From NCBI GenBank assembly GCA_038061225.1, contig JBBTZT010000005.1, forward strand, positions 19,646-83,645: DNA of 64,000 nt, read 5' to 3'. The notes under the pieces were generated by a model. The model did no database searches and was not told where the DNA came from. It saw nothing but the letters and a program-made list of their open reading frames with translations. Positions within the stretch are counted from its first letter, which is position 1. Every line of letters starts with the position of its first letter. The DNA is from Patescibacteria group bacterium. GTDB taxonomy: Bacteria; Patescibacteriota; Microgenomatia; UBA8517. Both the position numbers and the translations under genes were made by a program. Of this stretch, positions 40,637 to 50,340 are shown in pieces.

Positions 40637-41590
40637 CTAAGAACCAATCTTAAATTCAATAACATCTCCGTCTTTTACAACATAATCTCTACCTTCACTT
40701 CTAACTTTTCCCAATTCTCTTGCATTTTTCCAGCCTTTATTTTTAATAAATTCATTAAAATCGCAAACATCTGCCTTAATAAATTTACCCATAAAGTCAG
40801 TATGTATCACGCCTGCCGCGTTTGACGCGGTAATTCCATTTTTAATAGTCCAAGCCCTTACCTCTTTTTCCCCTGCTGTTAAAAAGGTAATCAGTCCTAA
40901 AGTTTTAAATGCCTTTTGAATTAATTTATCTAATGCCGATTCCCTAGTGCCTAATGCCTGTAAGTATTCTTTTTGTTCTTCACCTGACAACTCAGCAAGT
41001 TCTGCTTCAACCTTGGCACAAATTGCAACAACTTGACCTTGTTCTAATCCAAGCTCTTTTGCGTACCTTTCTTCATACTGCTTACTACTTACTACATCTT
41101 GTTCATCAACATTTAGAGCAACAAGAATTGGTTTTTGAGAAAAAGGCGGTGCATCTGGATGTTCCATGTCTGCAATATCTAATTCAGTTTTAATAATTTC
41201 AAAATCATTTTTTGCTGAAGTAGCTCTTTGTTTAACTATTTCTGGATCAGAAAAACATCTTATTACATGACAAATTGCATCCACCTGCCTTATGTGGTTT
41301 AAAAATTTATTTCCTAATCCCTCGCCTTTTGAAGCTCCTTCAATTAAACCTGCAATATCAACAAACTCCACAGTTGCAGGCACAATTGGTGGAGTTACTG
41401 ATTCCAAACTGACTATAACTGATTGTAATTGATTTAACCTCTCGTCTGGCACAGGAACAACTCCAATATTTGGTTCAATTGTTGCAAAGGGGAAATTAGC
41501 AACATATGCTTGTTGCTTTTTAAGTAAAGCATTAAAAAGCGTAGATTTTCCTACATTTGGAAGCCCCACTATCCCTACAGATAATCCCAT
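40637..41590 (-). CDS. ychF: Ribosome-binding ATPase YchF/Ola1
   Basis: It has MGLSVGIVGLPNVGKSTLFNAL...NFPFATIEPN, the YchF G-domain. Confidence 0.85.
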   Translation of the reverse strand: MGLSVGIVGLPNVGKSTLFNALLKKQQAYVANFPFATIEPNIGVVPVPDERLNQLQSVIVSLESVTPPIVPATVEFVDIAGLIEGASKGEGLGNKFLNHIRQVDAICHVIRCFSDPEIVKQRATSAKNDFEIIKTELDIADMEHPDAPPFSQKPILVALNVDEQDVVSSKQYEERYAKELGLEQGQVVAICAKVEAELAELSGEEQKEYLQALGTRESALDKLIQKAFKTLGLITFLTAGEKEVRAWTIKNGITASNAAGVIHTDFMGKFIKADVCDFNEFIKNKGWKNARELGKVRSEGRDYVVKDGDVIEFKIGS

Positions 41591-41665
41591 ATATTTATAT
41601 TATACCTCACTAATTTGTGACATGAGATTAGTATTATAACCTAATTACTAACCCTCTTTTGTGAT

Positions 41666-42415
41666 TTAGTTGTCATGAGGTAATAATAATATAGTGACCA
41701 TTATTATTCCAGCGCCCAATATCAATGGTAAAATTGATTTTAATTTATTACTGTTCTGGTCTTTAATTTTAGGTAAAAAATCACTAGCCCCTAAATATAA
41801 AAATACTCCGGCTGATATCGCCATTAACGATCCATTTAAACCATCGCTTTGATTAAAAAAGTAAACTGTAAATGCACCAACAATAGTCATTAATGATGAA
41901 ATTATATTTACCACCAATATTTTAGATTTGTTCCACCCTGCTTTTAGTAAAATTCCAAAATCTCCAATTTCGTGTGGCACTTCATGCAGAAACGTTGACA
42001 AAGCTGTAATTAAGCCTAGGTTTGGATTAATCATGAAACTAGCTCCTATTGCTACTCCATCAATAAAGTTGTGAATTGTATCTCCAAAAATAACAAAACC
42101 TATCGATGAAGTTTTTATTTCATGAGTGTGGCCATCTTCATCCCCATGATGATGAATGTCAAAAAATAAATGTTCGAAAATATATACTCCTAAAAATGAA
42201 ATTAAAACAATCCAGTACACCGTCCCACCTATCTCATGCTCTGCTTCAGGTATAAGACCCAAAAGTGACACTGTTACTAAAACGCCAGCCGCAAAAGGAA
42301 CAGAATATTTTTCTAAGACTGAAGATAATTTACGATTGTATAAAAAAACAACTCCTCCAAAAAGTGCAATTACACTTCCTAAGAGTGCTTGGAATAATAA
42401 ATTAATAGCCTGCAT
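41666..42415 (-). CDS. ZIP-family divalent metal transporter
   Basis: It has HEVPHEIGDFGILL, the ZIP signature, and 8 TM segments. Confidence 0.75.
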   Translation of the reverse strand: MQAINLLFQALLGSVIALFGGVVFLYNRKLSSVLEKYSVPFAAGVLVTVSLLGLIPEAEHEIGGTVYWIVLISFLGVYIFEHLFFDIHHHGDEDGHTHEIKTSSIGFVIFGDTIHNFIDGVAIGASFMINPNLGLITALSTFLHEVPHEIGDFGILLKAGWNKSKILVVNIISSLMTIVGAFTVYFFNQSDGLNGSLMAISAGVFLYLGASDFLPKIKDQNSNKLKSILPLILGAGIIMVTILLLPHDN

Positions 42416-42443
42416 AGACTTAAAGTATATCAGAAAATATTAC

Positions 42444-43100
42444 TTATAATGCAAGACTAAGGGATATTAGAACCATAATTATCCCAAATCCATAACCAAC
42501 AATTGTTGGCCAAGATGCACCAGTTACAGGTATTGGAGCTGTAGTTGCGGTAGCTTGTGCTGAACTTGTCGAAGTAGGTGTCGTAGTTTTTGAAGCAGAT
42601 GTTACAGTAGCTGTGGCAGTTGGAGTTGCAGTAGCTTTTGATGTATTTGTGGCAGTTGGGCTAGCAGTTGCAGTGGCAGTAGCAGTAGCAGTAGCGGTTG
42701 GAGTGGCTGCAACACTACATAGAGTAAGATTTGTTGTCCAAGCTGCTCCAGCAGAAGGGCAACAAAATTGTTTTGCGTTTGAAGCAGTAGATCCACAAAC
42801 CTCAACTCTACCAGCAGAATTACAAAGACTGTCGTTTGGAAATTCTTCTCCAGTTGAACAATCACGAAGCAAACTAGAGTTATTTGAATCAGGACAAGCA
42901 TATCCTCCTAAGTTGCATTCTTTTGCTTTTTCAGAAATATTCTGATTCTGTCTAACTAAAATTATTCCAGCAATTACACCAAGAGCCAAAACAACAATCC
43001 CAATTATTGCACCCATTACTTTCCAATTTGTTTTATCTTTGGATTTGCTATTTGAAATACCTACAACTTTAATGTCACTATCTTTCATATCTTTAATCAT
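42444..43100 (-). CDS. Cys-rich, Thr/Ala-repeat cell-surface protein with C-terminal IPVTG + hydrophobic sorting-like tail
   Basis: It has an N-terminal signal anchor, a Cys-rich domain of 10 Cys, a (TA/TP)n low-complexity linker, and then IPVTGASWPTIVGYGFGIIMVLISLSLAL at the C-terminus. Confidence 0.5.
   Translation of the reverse strand: MIKDMKDSDIKVVGISNSKSKDKTNWKVMGAIIGIVVLALGVIAGIILVRQNQNISEKAKECNLGGYACPDSNNSSLLRDCSTGEEFPNDSLCNSAGRVEVCGSTASNAKQFCCPSAGAAWTTNLTLCSVAATPTATATATATATASPTATNTSKATATPTATATVTSASKTTTPTSTSSAQATATTAPIPVTGASWPTIVGYGFGIIMVLISLSLAL
42664..42704. repeat. Hexanucleotide (gcagta/gcagtg)n microsatellite encoding the (Thr-Ala)n linker
   Basis: The sequence reads gcagttgcagtggcagtagcagtagcagtagcggttgg. 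Confidence 0.6.
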
Positions 43101-43108
43101 GACACAAA

Positions 43109-43483
43109 TTGTCCCTTGAAATCAATAGTATAAATCGTCTAAATTACATCATGACCAAATATAGGGAATATTTTGAAAGAATGATAACAAACGAAAAGGA
43201 AGCTTTTGATGAATTTACTAAACTCCATATGCAATATAGTTTAGATCAAGATGGTTTGCAAGATAAATTTAATGAGGAAGGAACAAAAATTGTAATTATT
43301 ATCAGAGAATGGGAAAATAAACTATGTTCAACAAGTGAAAAGGCAGGATATGGTGGATATACAACCAATCTTTCTGAGAAATTCTGGCAAGAAGTAAGGA
43401 AAAGTTATCCTCTAATTGATTATGTTGGAGTAATTACAAAAAACCTCAAAAGTTTTAATATTCAAAAAATAAAATTAAATTAA
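43109..43483 (+). CDS. Hypothetical protein (124 aa)
   Basis: ORF only. Confidence 0.3.
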   Translation: MSLEINSINRLNYIMTKYREYFERMITNEKEAFDEFTKLHMQYSLDQDGLQDKFNEEGTKIVIIIREWENKLCSTSEKAGYGGYTTNLSEKFWQEVRKSYPLIDYVGVITKNLKSFNIQKIKLN

Positions 43484-44091
43484 TATTTTATTTTTATTCT
43501 TCCGCTACCAAATGTTACCTCAAATGAATTTAGAGATTTAATTTGCACTCTATATAAGTTATTACCTGCCCAAAAACTTAATCCACCAGATATCACTTGA
43601 GTGAGGTCTGACTTGTTGGTTATTAAAACTTCACTACCATTTACTGCAATATTATTTGTTACATCGTAGAGTCTTGCGTAAACAGTACCATTTCCATGAG
43701 CAACTTTTAAAAACGCTTCCCAATTTGCATATGATGATTTTCCATAATCAGTATTAAAATCTAAGTAAAATTCAGTTCCTGGAGCATTGTACCATTCTGT
43801 AGAAGTCGTAGTAATTGGTCCTGTAATTGGAATATATCCAAATTGTATTTTTGCAGTTTGTGGTTTTGGGGTTACTACTATATTTGTTACACTTTCTTTG
43901 GTACTAGCAGAAATTGTAGAAATAAATTTTGCAACAGTTTCTTCAATTTGTTTTTTGCAATCACTTTCACAAACATCATTAGATATAACTTGTGTAACTA
44001 CATTTTTAGTATTTTGAAATACAAGAAGCCAAACAAACGCTCCAATTAAAAAAATTGTTAAAATAAAATTAATATAAACTACAGTTTTCAT
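43480..44091 (-). CDS. Membrane-anchored secreted hypothetical protein
   Basis: It has an N-terminal TM and a Thr-rich beta-rich body. Confidence 0.3.
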   Translation of the reverse strand: MKTVVYINFILTIFLIGAFVWLLVFQNTKNVVTQVISNDVCESDCKKQIEETVAKFISTISASTKESVTNIVVTPKPQTAKIQFGYIPITGPITTTSTEWYNAPGTEFYLDFNTDYGKSSYANWEAFLKVAHGNGTVYARLYDVTNNIAVNGSEVLITNKSDLTQVISGGLSFWAGNNLYRVQIKSLNSFEVTFGSGRIKIKY

Positions 44092-45335
44092 TATTTAAGA
44101 TTTAATCCCAAAACTTCATCAAAAGAAATAGCTAAATCATATTTATCTTCGCTTGGGATATTGCTTTTTAGCATTTCAAACATCACAGCCATTGCTTTGC
44201 TTGTATTTAAATCGTCATTAATTGCTTTGTTAAACTTATTTCTATATTCGTTTACTTTTTCATTTTTTTCCCGACTTAAAGTAGTTCTGGCTGATGACTG
44301 GAGACTAATGACTAATGACTGTAGCCGTTTTAGCCCTTTAGAAGCTGATTCAAGCGCTTGCCAAGTAAAATTCATTGGTTTTTTGTAATGTGCACCAAGA
44401 TATAAATAGCGAAGAGCTATTGGGTCAACCCCTTTATTCAAAACATCTTGAATTGTATAGTAATTACCAAGTGACTTACTCATTTTAGTTCCATCAACCA
44501 TTAAAAATGCACAGTGAAGCCAAAATTTACTAAAGGGAACTTTTCCTGTTGCTCCTTCACTTTGTGCAATTTCATTTGGATGGTGAATTGAGAGATGGTC
44601 TTCCCCACCAGTATGTATATCTATTTGTTCTCCTAAATATTTTATACTCATTGCAGAGCATTCAATATGCCACCCAGGAAACCCATCACCCCATGGACTT
44701 TCCCAATGCATAACATGATCTTTAAAATTTCCTACTCTTTTAAACCAAAGTGCAAAATCTTGAGGATTTCTCTTGTTTTCGTCTGTTTTTACCTGTTCCC
44801 TAACACCTATTCGCTTTTCACTGATGTCTTGTCCAAACATTTTTCCATAATCTGCAAATTTTGATACATCAAAGTAAACTGCTTCTTCTGTATCATAGGC
44901 ATATCCATTGATGAATAGTTTATCAATCAGTTCAATTTGTTCTTTGATATGATCAGTTGCTTTACAAATTGTTGTGGGTCTAATTATATTTAATTTATCC
45001 ATTGATTCGTAAAAATTCTTAGTAAAAAAATCAGCCACTTCCCAAACGGTTTTACCTTGTTTTTTAGCTCCTTTTTCTAATTTATCTTCGCCATCATCGG
45101 CATCAGAAACTAAGTGACCAACATCAGTCACATTTTGGACATGATTAACCTTAAAATCATTATATATAAGTACTCTTTTCAAAATATCGTCTATAACATA
45201 TTTTCTGCCATGACCTATGTGTGCATAATCATAAACAGTCATTCCACAGGTATACAATCCCACTCCCGATGTGGGATTTATTGGTGTAAACAATTCTTTT
45301 TGTCTAGTTAGTGAGTTATATAAATACAAATCCAT
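44091..45335 (-). CDS. cysS: Cysteinyl-tRNA synthetase
   Basis: It has HIGH (HIGHGR) and KMSKS motifs on a class I CysRS core. Confidence 0.9.
   Translation of the reverse strand: MDLYLYNSLTRQKELFTPINPTSGVGLYTCGMTVYDYAHIGHGRKYVIDDILKRVLIYNDFKVNHVQNVTDVGHLVSDADDGEDKLEKGAKKQGKTVWEVADFFTKNFYESMDKLNIIRPTTICKATDHIKEQIELIDKLFINGYAYDTEEAVYFDVSKFADYGKMFGQDISEKRIGVREQVKTDENKRNPQDFALWFKRVGNFKDHVMHWESPWGDGFPGWHIECSAMSIKYLGEQIDIHTGGEDHLSIHHPNEIAQSEGATGKVPFSKFWLHCAFLMVDGTKMSKSLGNYYTIQDVLNKGVDPIALRYLYLGAHYKKPMNFTWQALESASKGLKRLQSLVISLQSSARTTLSREKNEKVNEYRNKFNKAINDDLNTSKAMAVMFEMLKSNIPSEDKYDLAISFDEVLGLNLK
44292..44326. repeat. Degenerate 7-nt tandem array (gactaat core x2.6) in-frame inside cysS
   Basis: Perfect copies at 44304..44321 are flanked by diverged copies. 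They encode QSLVISLQSS in a variable CysRS region. Confidence 0.55.
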
Positions 45336-45372
45336 TCTTATATACTACATACAATACACGATATTCTCAAGC

Positions 45373-45846
45373 CTATCCTGAAGGAGGGACTGGTTTTTCG
45401 ACACGAGTTGTTTGCTGTTGTGCAGACTGTTTTTGCCCCCCACCCATTTTACGACCCTTCTTAGCAGAGGGCATTACTAGTTGATCAGTTACGAGTTGCG
45501 AGTTACGAGTTTTGACAGCCTCAATTTGAGCTTTTAAAACATCACGTTGTTCATAACTAAGTTCTGTAAATTCTTCCAAGGGAATATTTTCCCCTGCCTG
45601 AATTCTTCTCATTAAATCGTTAAATATTTTTTGTCTTCTTATATCTTTTAGTTCTGATTCTAGCGCCTGCAGATGTCTTCCATCTTTTTCTGCTATTGCA
45701 GTTTTATCTAAATTAGACTGTTCTTGATTTATAGGCTGTTCTAGAGGTTTGGTATTTTCGGATACATTAATTTGTTTTGCAACAGATTTCAAAAATTCTA
45801 GCGGTTCTTCTCCAATTGCTTTAATTGTTTTTTTGATAGGATTCAT
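45373..45846 (-). CDS. Hypothetical protein (157 aa)
   Basis: ORF only. It overlaps the recR stop. Confidence 0.3.
   Translation of the reverse strand: MNPIKKTIKAIGEEPLEFLKSVAKQINVSENTKPLEQPINQEQSNLDKTAIAEKDGRHLQALESELKDIRRQKIFNDLMRRIQAGENIPLEEFTELSYEQRDVLKAQIEAVKTRNSQLVTDQLVMPSAKKGRKMGGGQKQSAQQQTTRVEKPVPPSG
45488..45515. repeat. 7-nt tandem repeat (agttacg/agttgcg x4) in-frame inside hypothetical gene
   Basis: The copies are agttacg agttgcg agttacg agttttg. They encode NSQLVTDQLV. Confidence 0.6.
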
Positions 45847-46469
45847 AGTTCTTTCCTTCCTTCCAATGCTTGCGTAAGAGTAGTATCATCTGCATATTCT
45901 AAATCAGCACCTGTTGGAATACCCATACCTAAGCGAGTAATTTTTAATTTTAAATTTTTATCACGAAGTGTAGTCATCATTTTCAATTGTTTAACAAGGT
46001 ACATACTAGTTGCTTCACCTTCCATTGTAGGATTTGTAGCAATTATTATTTCTTGGATCTTAGATCCTACATCTTGGATCCGTTCAAGCAAAGCTTGAAC
46101 AAATATCTCGTCAGGTCCAATATTTTCCAAGGGGTTAATAGCACCATGCAGTACATGGTATAGACCTTTGTATCTTCCGCTTCTTTCAAATGCAATTAAA
46201 TCAAGTGGATTTTCAACAACCAAACAAGTTTTTTTATCACGATTATGATCAGAGCAAATGGAACATGGATCCGTTTCAGCCACATTTTTACAAATAGAAC
46301 AAAGAACAGTATCTTTTTTAAGGCGTGATAAGTTCTCACTAAATTCATCAAGTTCTTTCTGTGGAACATGAAGAAGATAGTATGCCAATCGTTGCGCAGA
46401 TTTTGGGCCGATTCCAGGAAGTTTTTCAAAGGACTCTGTTAAAGAAGAAATTGCTTTGGCAATTTTCAT
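45843..46469 (-). CDS. recR: Recombination protein RecR
   Basis: It has HhH (LPGIGPKSAQRLAYYL), a C4 zinc finger and a Toprim domain. Confidence 0.9.
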   Translation of the reverse strand: MKIAKAISSLTESFEKLPGIGPKSAQRLAYYLLHVPQKELDEFSENLSRLKKDTVLCSICKNVAETDPCSICSDHNRDKKTCLVVENPLDLIAFERSGRYKGLYHVLHGAINPLENIGPDEIFVQALLERIQDVGSKIQEIIIATNPTMEGEATSMYLVKQLKMMTTLRDKNLKLKITRLGMGIPTGADLEYADDTTLTQALEGRKEL

Positions 46470-46476
46470 GGAAATA

Positions 46477-46773
46477 TTATTTGCCTAATCCACCAAGAAG
46501 ACCTGATAGACCTCCACCCATTTCCATCATTTTTTTCGCAGCTTCTTTTTGGACTTTTTTCATGGCTTCATTTATAAGATCAACTAAAAAAGCCATATCT
46601 TCGCCGTCTTTTTTAATGTATCTTAACTTTTGGTCACCAGTAACTGATACTGACCATTCATTTTTTTCAACAGTTTCAATTATCTTTTCTAACTCTTTCT
46701 GAAGTGCGCTGGCTTGTTGCCTCATTTTATTTAACTGACCTATTTGTTTAAATTTGTCAAACATGTGCAACAT
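46477..46773 (-). CDS. ybaB: Nucleoid-associated protein YbaB/EbfC
   Basis: It is YbaB-like throughout and sits in the conserved dnaX-ybaB-recR order. Confidence 0.8.
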   Translation of the reverse strand: MLHMFDKFKQIGQLNKMRQQASALQKELEKIIETVEKNEWSVSVTGDQKLRYIKKDGEDMAFLVDLINEAMKKVQKEAAKKMMEMGGGLSGLLGGLGK

Positions 46774-47035
46774 TTATTATATTTTCCTTTTTGACTTCCG
46801 TCAACTGGTACTCAATTTTAATATTTTTACCTAAGATATTTAATGTGACGTCATCTAACATTTTTTTTGTTTTAACTTCTTCTAATTTATCTTTATGAAA
46901 TTTATAACTAACACCAAGTTTTAGCTTATTACTATCAAATTCAAGTAGTACTACCGATCTTAATAATCTTGCAATTGAAATACTTTGAGTCATCACTTTG
47001 TCAAGAATTTTGTTCCAAGTTGTTTCATCCATCAC
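46757..47035 (-). CDS. DnaX tau-subunit C-terminal domain (domain V-like), separate ORF in-frame with dnaX
   Basis: The pattern W-NKIL--V...L..L..A..L.F...KFHKDKLEE...IEYQL matches the conserved DnaX C-terminal region. It starts at a GTG immediately after the dnaX TAG, in the same frame. Confidence 0.55.
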   Translation of the reverse strand: MMDETTWNKILDKVMTQSISIARLLRSVVLLEFDSNKLKLGVSYKFHKDKLEEVKTKKMLDDVTLNILGKNIKIEYQLTEVKKENIINVAHV

Positions 47036-47986
47036 CTAAAGATTACACCATTTTATTATAGCAATCTCTAGAGGTAATTTCTCAATTGGGCTAACTTTTA
47101 TCATTTCATTTGACTTTAATATTAATTCAATGAGTGGAATCAATTCAAGAGATTCCGAATTAACCAATTTTTGATGTAGTATGTTTAATATCTCACTTGT
47201 TAAATAATGAATATTATTTGCTTTTTTTAGATCTGCTAGAATGATTTTAATATCTTTTTTAATTAAGGCTTCAACAAATACTTCTAGATCAATATTTAAG
47301 TCTTTAATTAAAAAACTTTTGTCGCTACTATATTGTTCTAAATTTTTGACAGCGTCTCGAAATGATCCTTTTGAAATTTTTATTATTTTATTTAAATCAT
47401 CATTTGTTATTTCGATCTTTTCTCCCTTAACAACTCTTTTTAATGATCTAAATATTTCTTCATCAGTTGCTTTAGTAAAAGAGATAGAAGTTGTTCTACT
47501 TTTTATAGTCTCGATTAATTTTTCGGGGTTAGTTGTTGCTAATATGAAATAAACATGGGATGGTGGCTCTTCTAAGGTCTTTAATAAGGCGTTTGACGCC
47601 TCTATTGTCAACATGTGAGCTTCATCAATAATATATATTTTAGCTTTAGCATTTGCTGGGGCTAGTTTTACAATATCACGAAGAGCTCTGACATCATCAA
47701 TTCCTCTGTTACTTGCCGCATCCATTTCGATTACATCGATATTTGTACCATTAGTTATTGAAATACATTGACTACATTTATTACAAGGTTTTTCTTTAGA
47801 TGACTCACAATTAATTACTTTAGCTAATATTCTAGCAGCAGATGTTTTACCAGTTCCTTTTGGTCCAGCAAATAAAAATGCATGTGGAATAGAACCTGAT
47901 TTAACAATATTAGTTAGTGTTTCTCTAACAGTGGCAATATCAAGTTCAGCAATCGTTTGTGATCTATATTTTAAATAATATGTCAT
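47036..47986 (-). CDS. dnaX: DNA polymerase III subunit gamma/tau, ATPase portion (domains I-III)
   Basis: It has Walker A GPKGTGKTS, a zinc module (CNKCSQC), sensor motifs and the domain III start (KISKGSFRDAVKNLEQ). Confidence 0.9.
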   Translation of the reverse strand: MTYYLKYRSQTIAELDIATVRETLTNIVKSGSIPHAFLFAGPKGTGKTSAARILAKVINCESSKEKPCNKCSQCISITNGTNIDVIEMDAASNRGIDDVRALRDIVKLAPANAKAKIYIIDEAHMLTIEASNALLKTLEEPPSHVYFILATTNPEKLIETIKSRTTSISFTKATDEEIFRSLKRVVKGEKIEITNDDLNKIIKISKGSFRDAVKNLEQYSSDKSFLIKDLNIDLEVFVEALIKKDIKIILADLKKANNIHYLTSEILNILHQKLVNSESLELIPLIELILKSNEMIKVSPIEKLPLEIAIIKWCNL

Positions 47987-48003
47987 TTTTTTAAAAAAAG
48001 TTA

Positions 48004-48390
48004 CTATTCTTTGTGGTGAATTCCGAGTAAGTGTAACCCAGAATGACCAACTAATTCTAGTACCTTTTCTTCAATTAGTTTATTCTCCTTTTTAGCTTCG
48101 GCTAAAGCAATTGGAAAGCAAACAACAATCTCGCCAAGTTGCATTAAATTATTTGGATATTTAAAATCAGGTACTTCTGATTCTACAAATGAAAAAACGT
48201 TGTGAGTTTTTGTATCGTTTTTGTAGTACTTTTTACCAAAGGTTTTCATCTTTGCCTCGCTAACAAAGGAGACGTGACATTCTGCACTTGATACTATACC
48301 ATGATCTTTGAAAAACTTTTGTAAAAATTTTCTTACTTTTATTCCACTAATTGGATAATTTGATTGTTTTGAAACATTAATTTTAACCAT
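48004..48390 (-). CDS. ybeY: rRNA maturation endoribonuclease YbeY
   Basis: It has a C-terminal HSGLHLLGIHH metal-binding motif. Confidence 0.7.
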   Translation of the reverse strand: MVKINVSKQSNYPISGIKVRKFLQKFFKDHGIVSSAECHVSFVSEAKMKTFGKKYYKNDTKTHNVFSFVESEVPDFKYPNNLMQLGEIVVCFPIALAEAKKENKLIEEKVLELVGHSGLHLLGIHHKE

Positions 48391-48826
48391 TACTTAATTT
48401 AGAACGAACAAGATTTGCAACAAGACCACCATCAACCCCTGAATTTTTAGATTTTACTGTTGCGATAACCTTACTCATATCCTGCATTGTAGATGCACCC
48501 ATTTCTTTAATTGTTTCTTCAACTAATTTTACTATTTCCTCTTCTGTAACTTCTGGTGGTAAAAACTTTTGGAGAATCGCGAGTTCAGCTTTTTCATTTT
48601 CTACTCTATCTAAAGCATTTGCCTTTGTATACATTTCAATTGCTTCTTTTCTTTTTTTTGCTTCTTTTCTAACAACTACTAATTCTTCTTCATTTGTTAA
48701 TTCGTGTTGCAGATTAATCTTTTCATTTTTTAGTTCTGATGAAAGCATACGAAGCGTTGAAACACGAACAGTGTCGTGCGCTTTCATTGCCTCTCCAATT
48801 TTTTGCATCATTGTTGCTGTTATCAT
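48383..48826 (-). CDS. GatB/YqeY-domain protein
   Basis: It is YqeY-like throughout. Confidence 0.7.
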   Translation of the reverse strand: MITATMMQKIGEAMKAHDTVRVSTLRMLSSELKNEKINLQHELTNEEELVVVRKEAKKRKEAIEMYTKANALDRVENEKAELAILQKFLPPEVTEEEIVKLVEETIKEMGASTMQDMSKVIATVKSKNSGVDGGLVANLVRSKLSNG

Positions 48827-48827
48827 C

Positions 48828-49136
48828 TTAAGTATTAAATTTTGATAAAAAATGAAAATGTAAATGATTAACTTCCAAGAGTTTGCCCCAATTTATTCTA
48901 AATTGGAATTCATCAAGATTTAATTCTTTTTGCAAATCTAAAGCGATCTCTTTTGCTTCAAGAAATAAAGTATCACTTACTTTTTCAATATCATCAATAT
49001 GTTCTTTAGAAATTATTAATAAATGTATTTTTGCTGACGGTTTAACATCTGCTATTACAATGTAATTGTCTGTTTCTTTTTTAATCTCAGAAGATATTTC
49101 TTTTTTTACAATTTTACAAAAAATACAATCATTCAT
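48828..49136 (-). CDS. HIT-family hydrolase
   Basis: It has the histidine triad HLHFHFL. Confidence 0.75.
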   Translation of the reverse strand: MNDCIFCKIVKKEISSEIKKETDNYIVIADVKPSAKIHLLIISKEHIDDIEKVSDTLFLEAKEIALDLQKELNLDEFQFRINWGKLLEVNHLHFHFLSKFNT

Positions 49137-50326
49137 ATTAATTTTTTAACCACTTCATCAAAATCAAAAAGTGTTGACACTTTTGAATTTCTCATTTTGA
49201 ATTCTATCTTTTTGTCTGTTTTGTCTGACACAACAAGTCTTATAGGAATTCCAATTAAATCAGAATCTGCAAATTTTTCCCCAGCTCCGATGTCTCTATC
49301 ATCAAACAAAACATCTATATTTTTTGCAAGTAATTTTTTATAGATATCATAACCTTTACCATTTAAGCCAACTAAGTGAACATCAAATGGCGAAATTTCT
49401 TTACTCCAAATGATGCCTTTATCATCATGGCTAACTTCCACCCATGTACCCATTACTCTGGTCGGTCCTATTCCGTAACTTCCAAACCAAACAGGTTTTC
49501 TTTTACCATCTGCATCAGTAAAGGTCATTCCCATTTTTTCTGCATACCAAGTTCCTAATGGAAAAATATTACCAACCTCAATTGCTTTTGCTAATTTGTA
49601 ATCTTTTTTACCTCCTTTTAATACTTCTTCGTTTATTGCTTCTTTATCTCCTTCTTTCCAATAAATTGTATCTTCCCCTGCTTCGCTTAATACTTGGAAT
49701 TCATGCGTAAATTTATCTGTAAATACACCGCCTGAAGCCTTTGCAATTTTAAAATTAAACCCAAGCCTCGTAAAGATTTTTTCGTAGGCGCGTTTGACGC
49801 ACTCGTAATATTCCATTAAATCTTTTTCTGAAGTATGTGCTGAATATAAATCCTTCATCATAAACTCGCGACCTCTTAGTATTCCATTTTTAGCTCTAAG
49901 TTCATTTCTAAATTTGGTTGAAAAATGATAGACAGAAACGGGTAAATCTTTATAACTATTAATTGTTTTACGAAGTAGATCCATGACAATTTCCTCATGA
50001 GTAAAAGATAAAACAAACTCTTTATCATGAATATCTTTAAGTTTATACATAATTTCATTTGCTTTATCCCACCTTCCTGTTTCTCCCCATATTGCCTTTG
50101 GGTGAAGAAGTGGCATTAGCATCTCTTGCCCACCAATTGCATTCATTTCCTCTCTAATTATTTGATTAATTTTAGTTACAACTTTCCAGCCCATAGGAAG
50201 TAGTGTCCAACTTCCAGCCATAAGTTGATCAATAAAACCTGCTCTAACAAGAAGCTTGTGGTTTACACTTTCAGCATCCTTTGGAGCTTCTTTTTTCGTT
50301 TTCGGAAATAATTGACTTTGCAACAT
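49133..50326 (-). CDS. proS: Prolyl-tRNA synthetase (short form, no INS editing domain)
   Basis: It has a ProRS N-terminus (HKLLVRAGFIDQLMAGSWTLLPMG) and class II motifs, at 397 aa. Confidence 0.8.
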   Translation of the reverse strand: MLQSQLFPKTKKEAPKDAESVNHKLLVRAGFIDQLMAGSWTLLPMGWKVVTKINQIIREEMNAIGGQEMLMPLLHPKAIWGETGRWDKANEIMYKLKDIHDKEFVLSFTHEEIVMDLLRKTINSYKDLPVSVYHFSTKFRNELRAKNGILRGREFMMKDLYSAHTSEKDLMEYYECVKRAYEKIFTRLGFNFKIAKASGGVFTDKFTHEFQVLSEAGEDTIYWKEGDKEAINEEVLKGGKKDYKLAKAIEVGNIFPLGTWYAEKMGMTFTDADGKRKPVWFGSYGIGPTRVMGTWVEVSHDDKGIIWSKEISPFDVHLVGLNGKGYDIYKKLLAKNIDVLFDDRDIGAGEKFADSDLIGIPIRLVVSDKTDKKIEFKMRNSKVSTLFDFDEVVKKLI

Positions 50327-50340
50327 ATGAACTTATTGTA

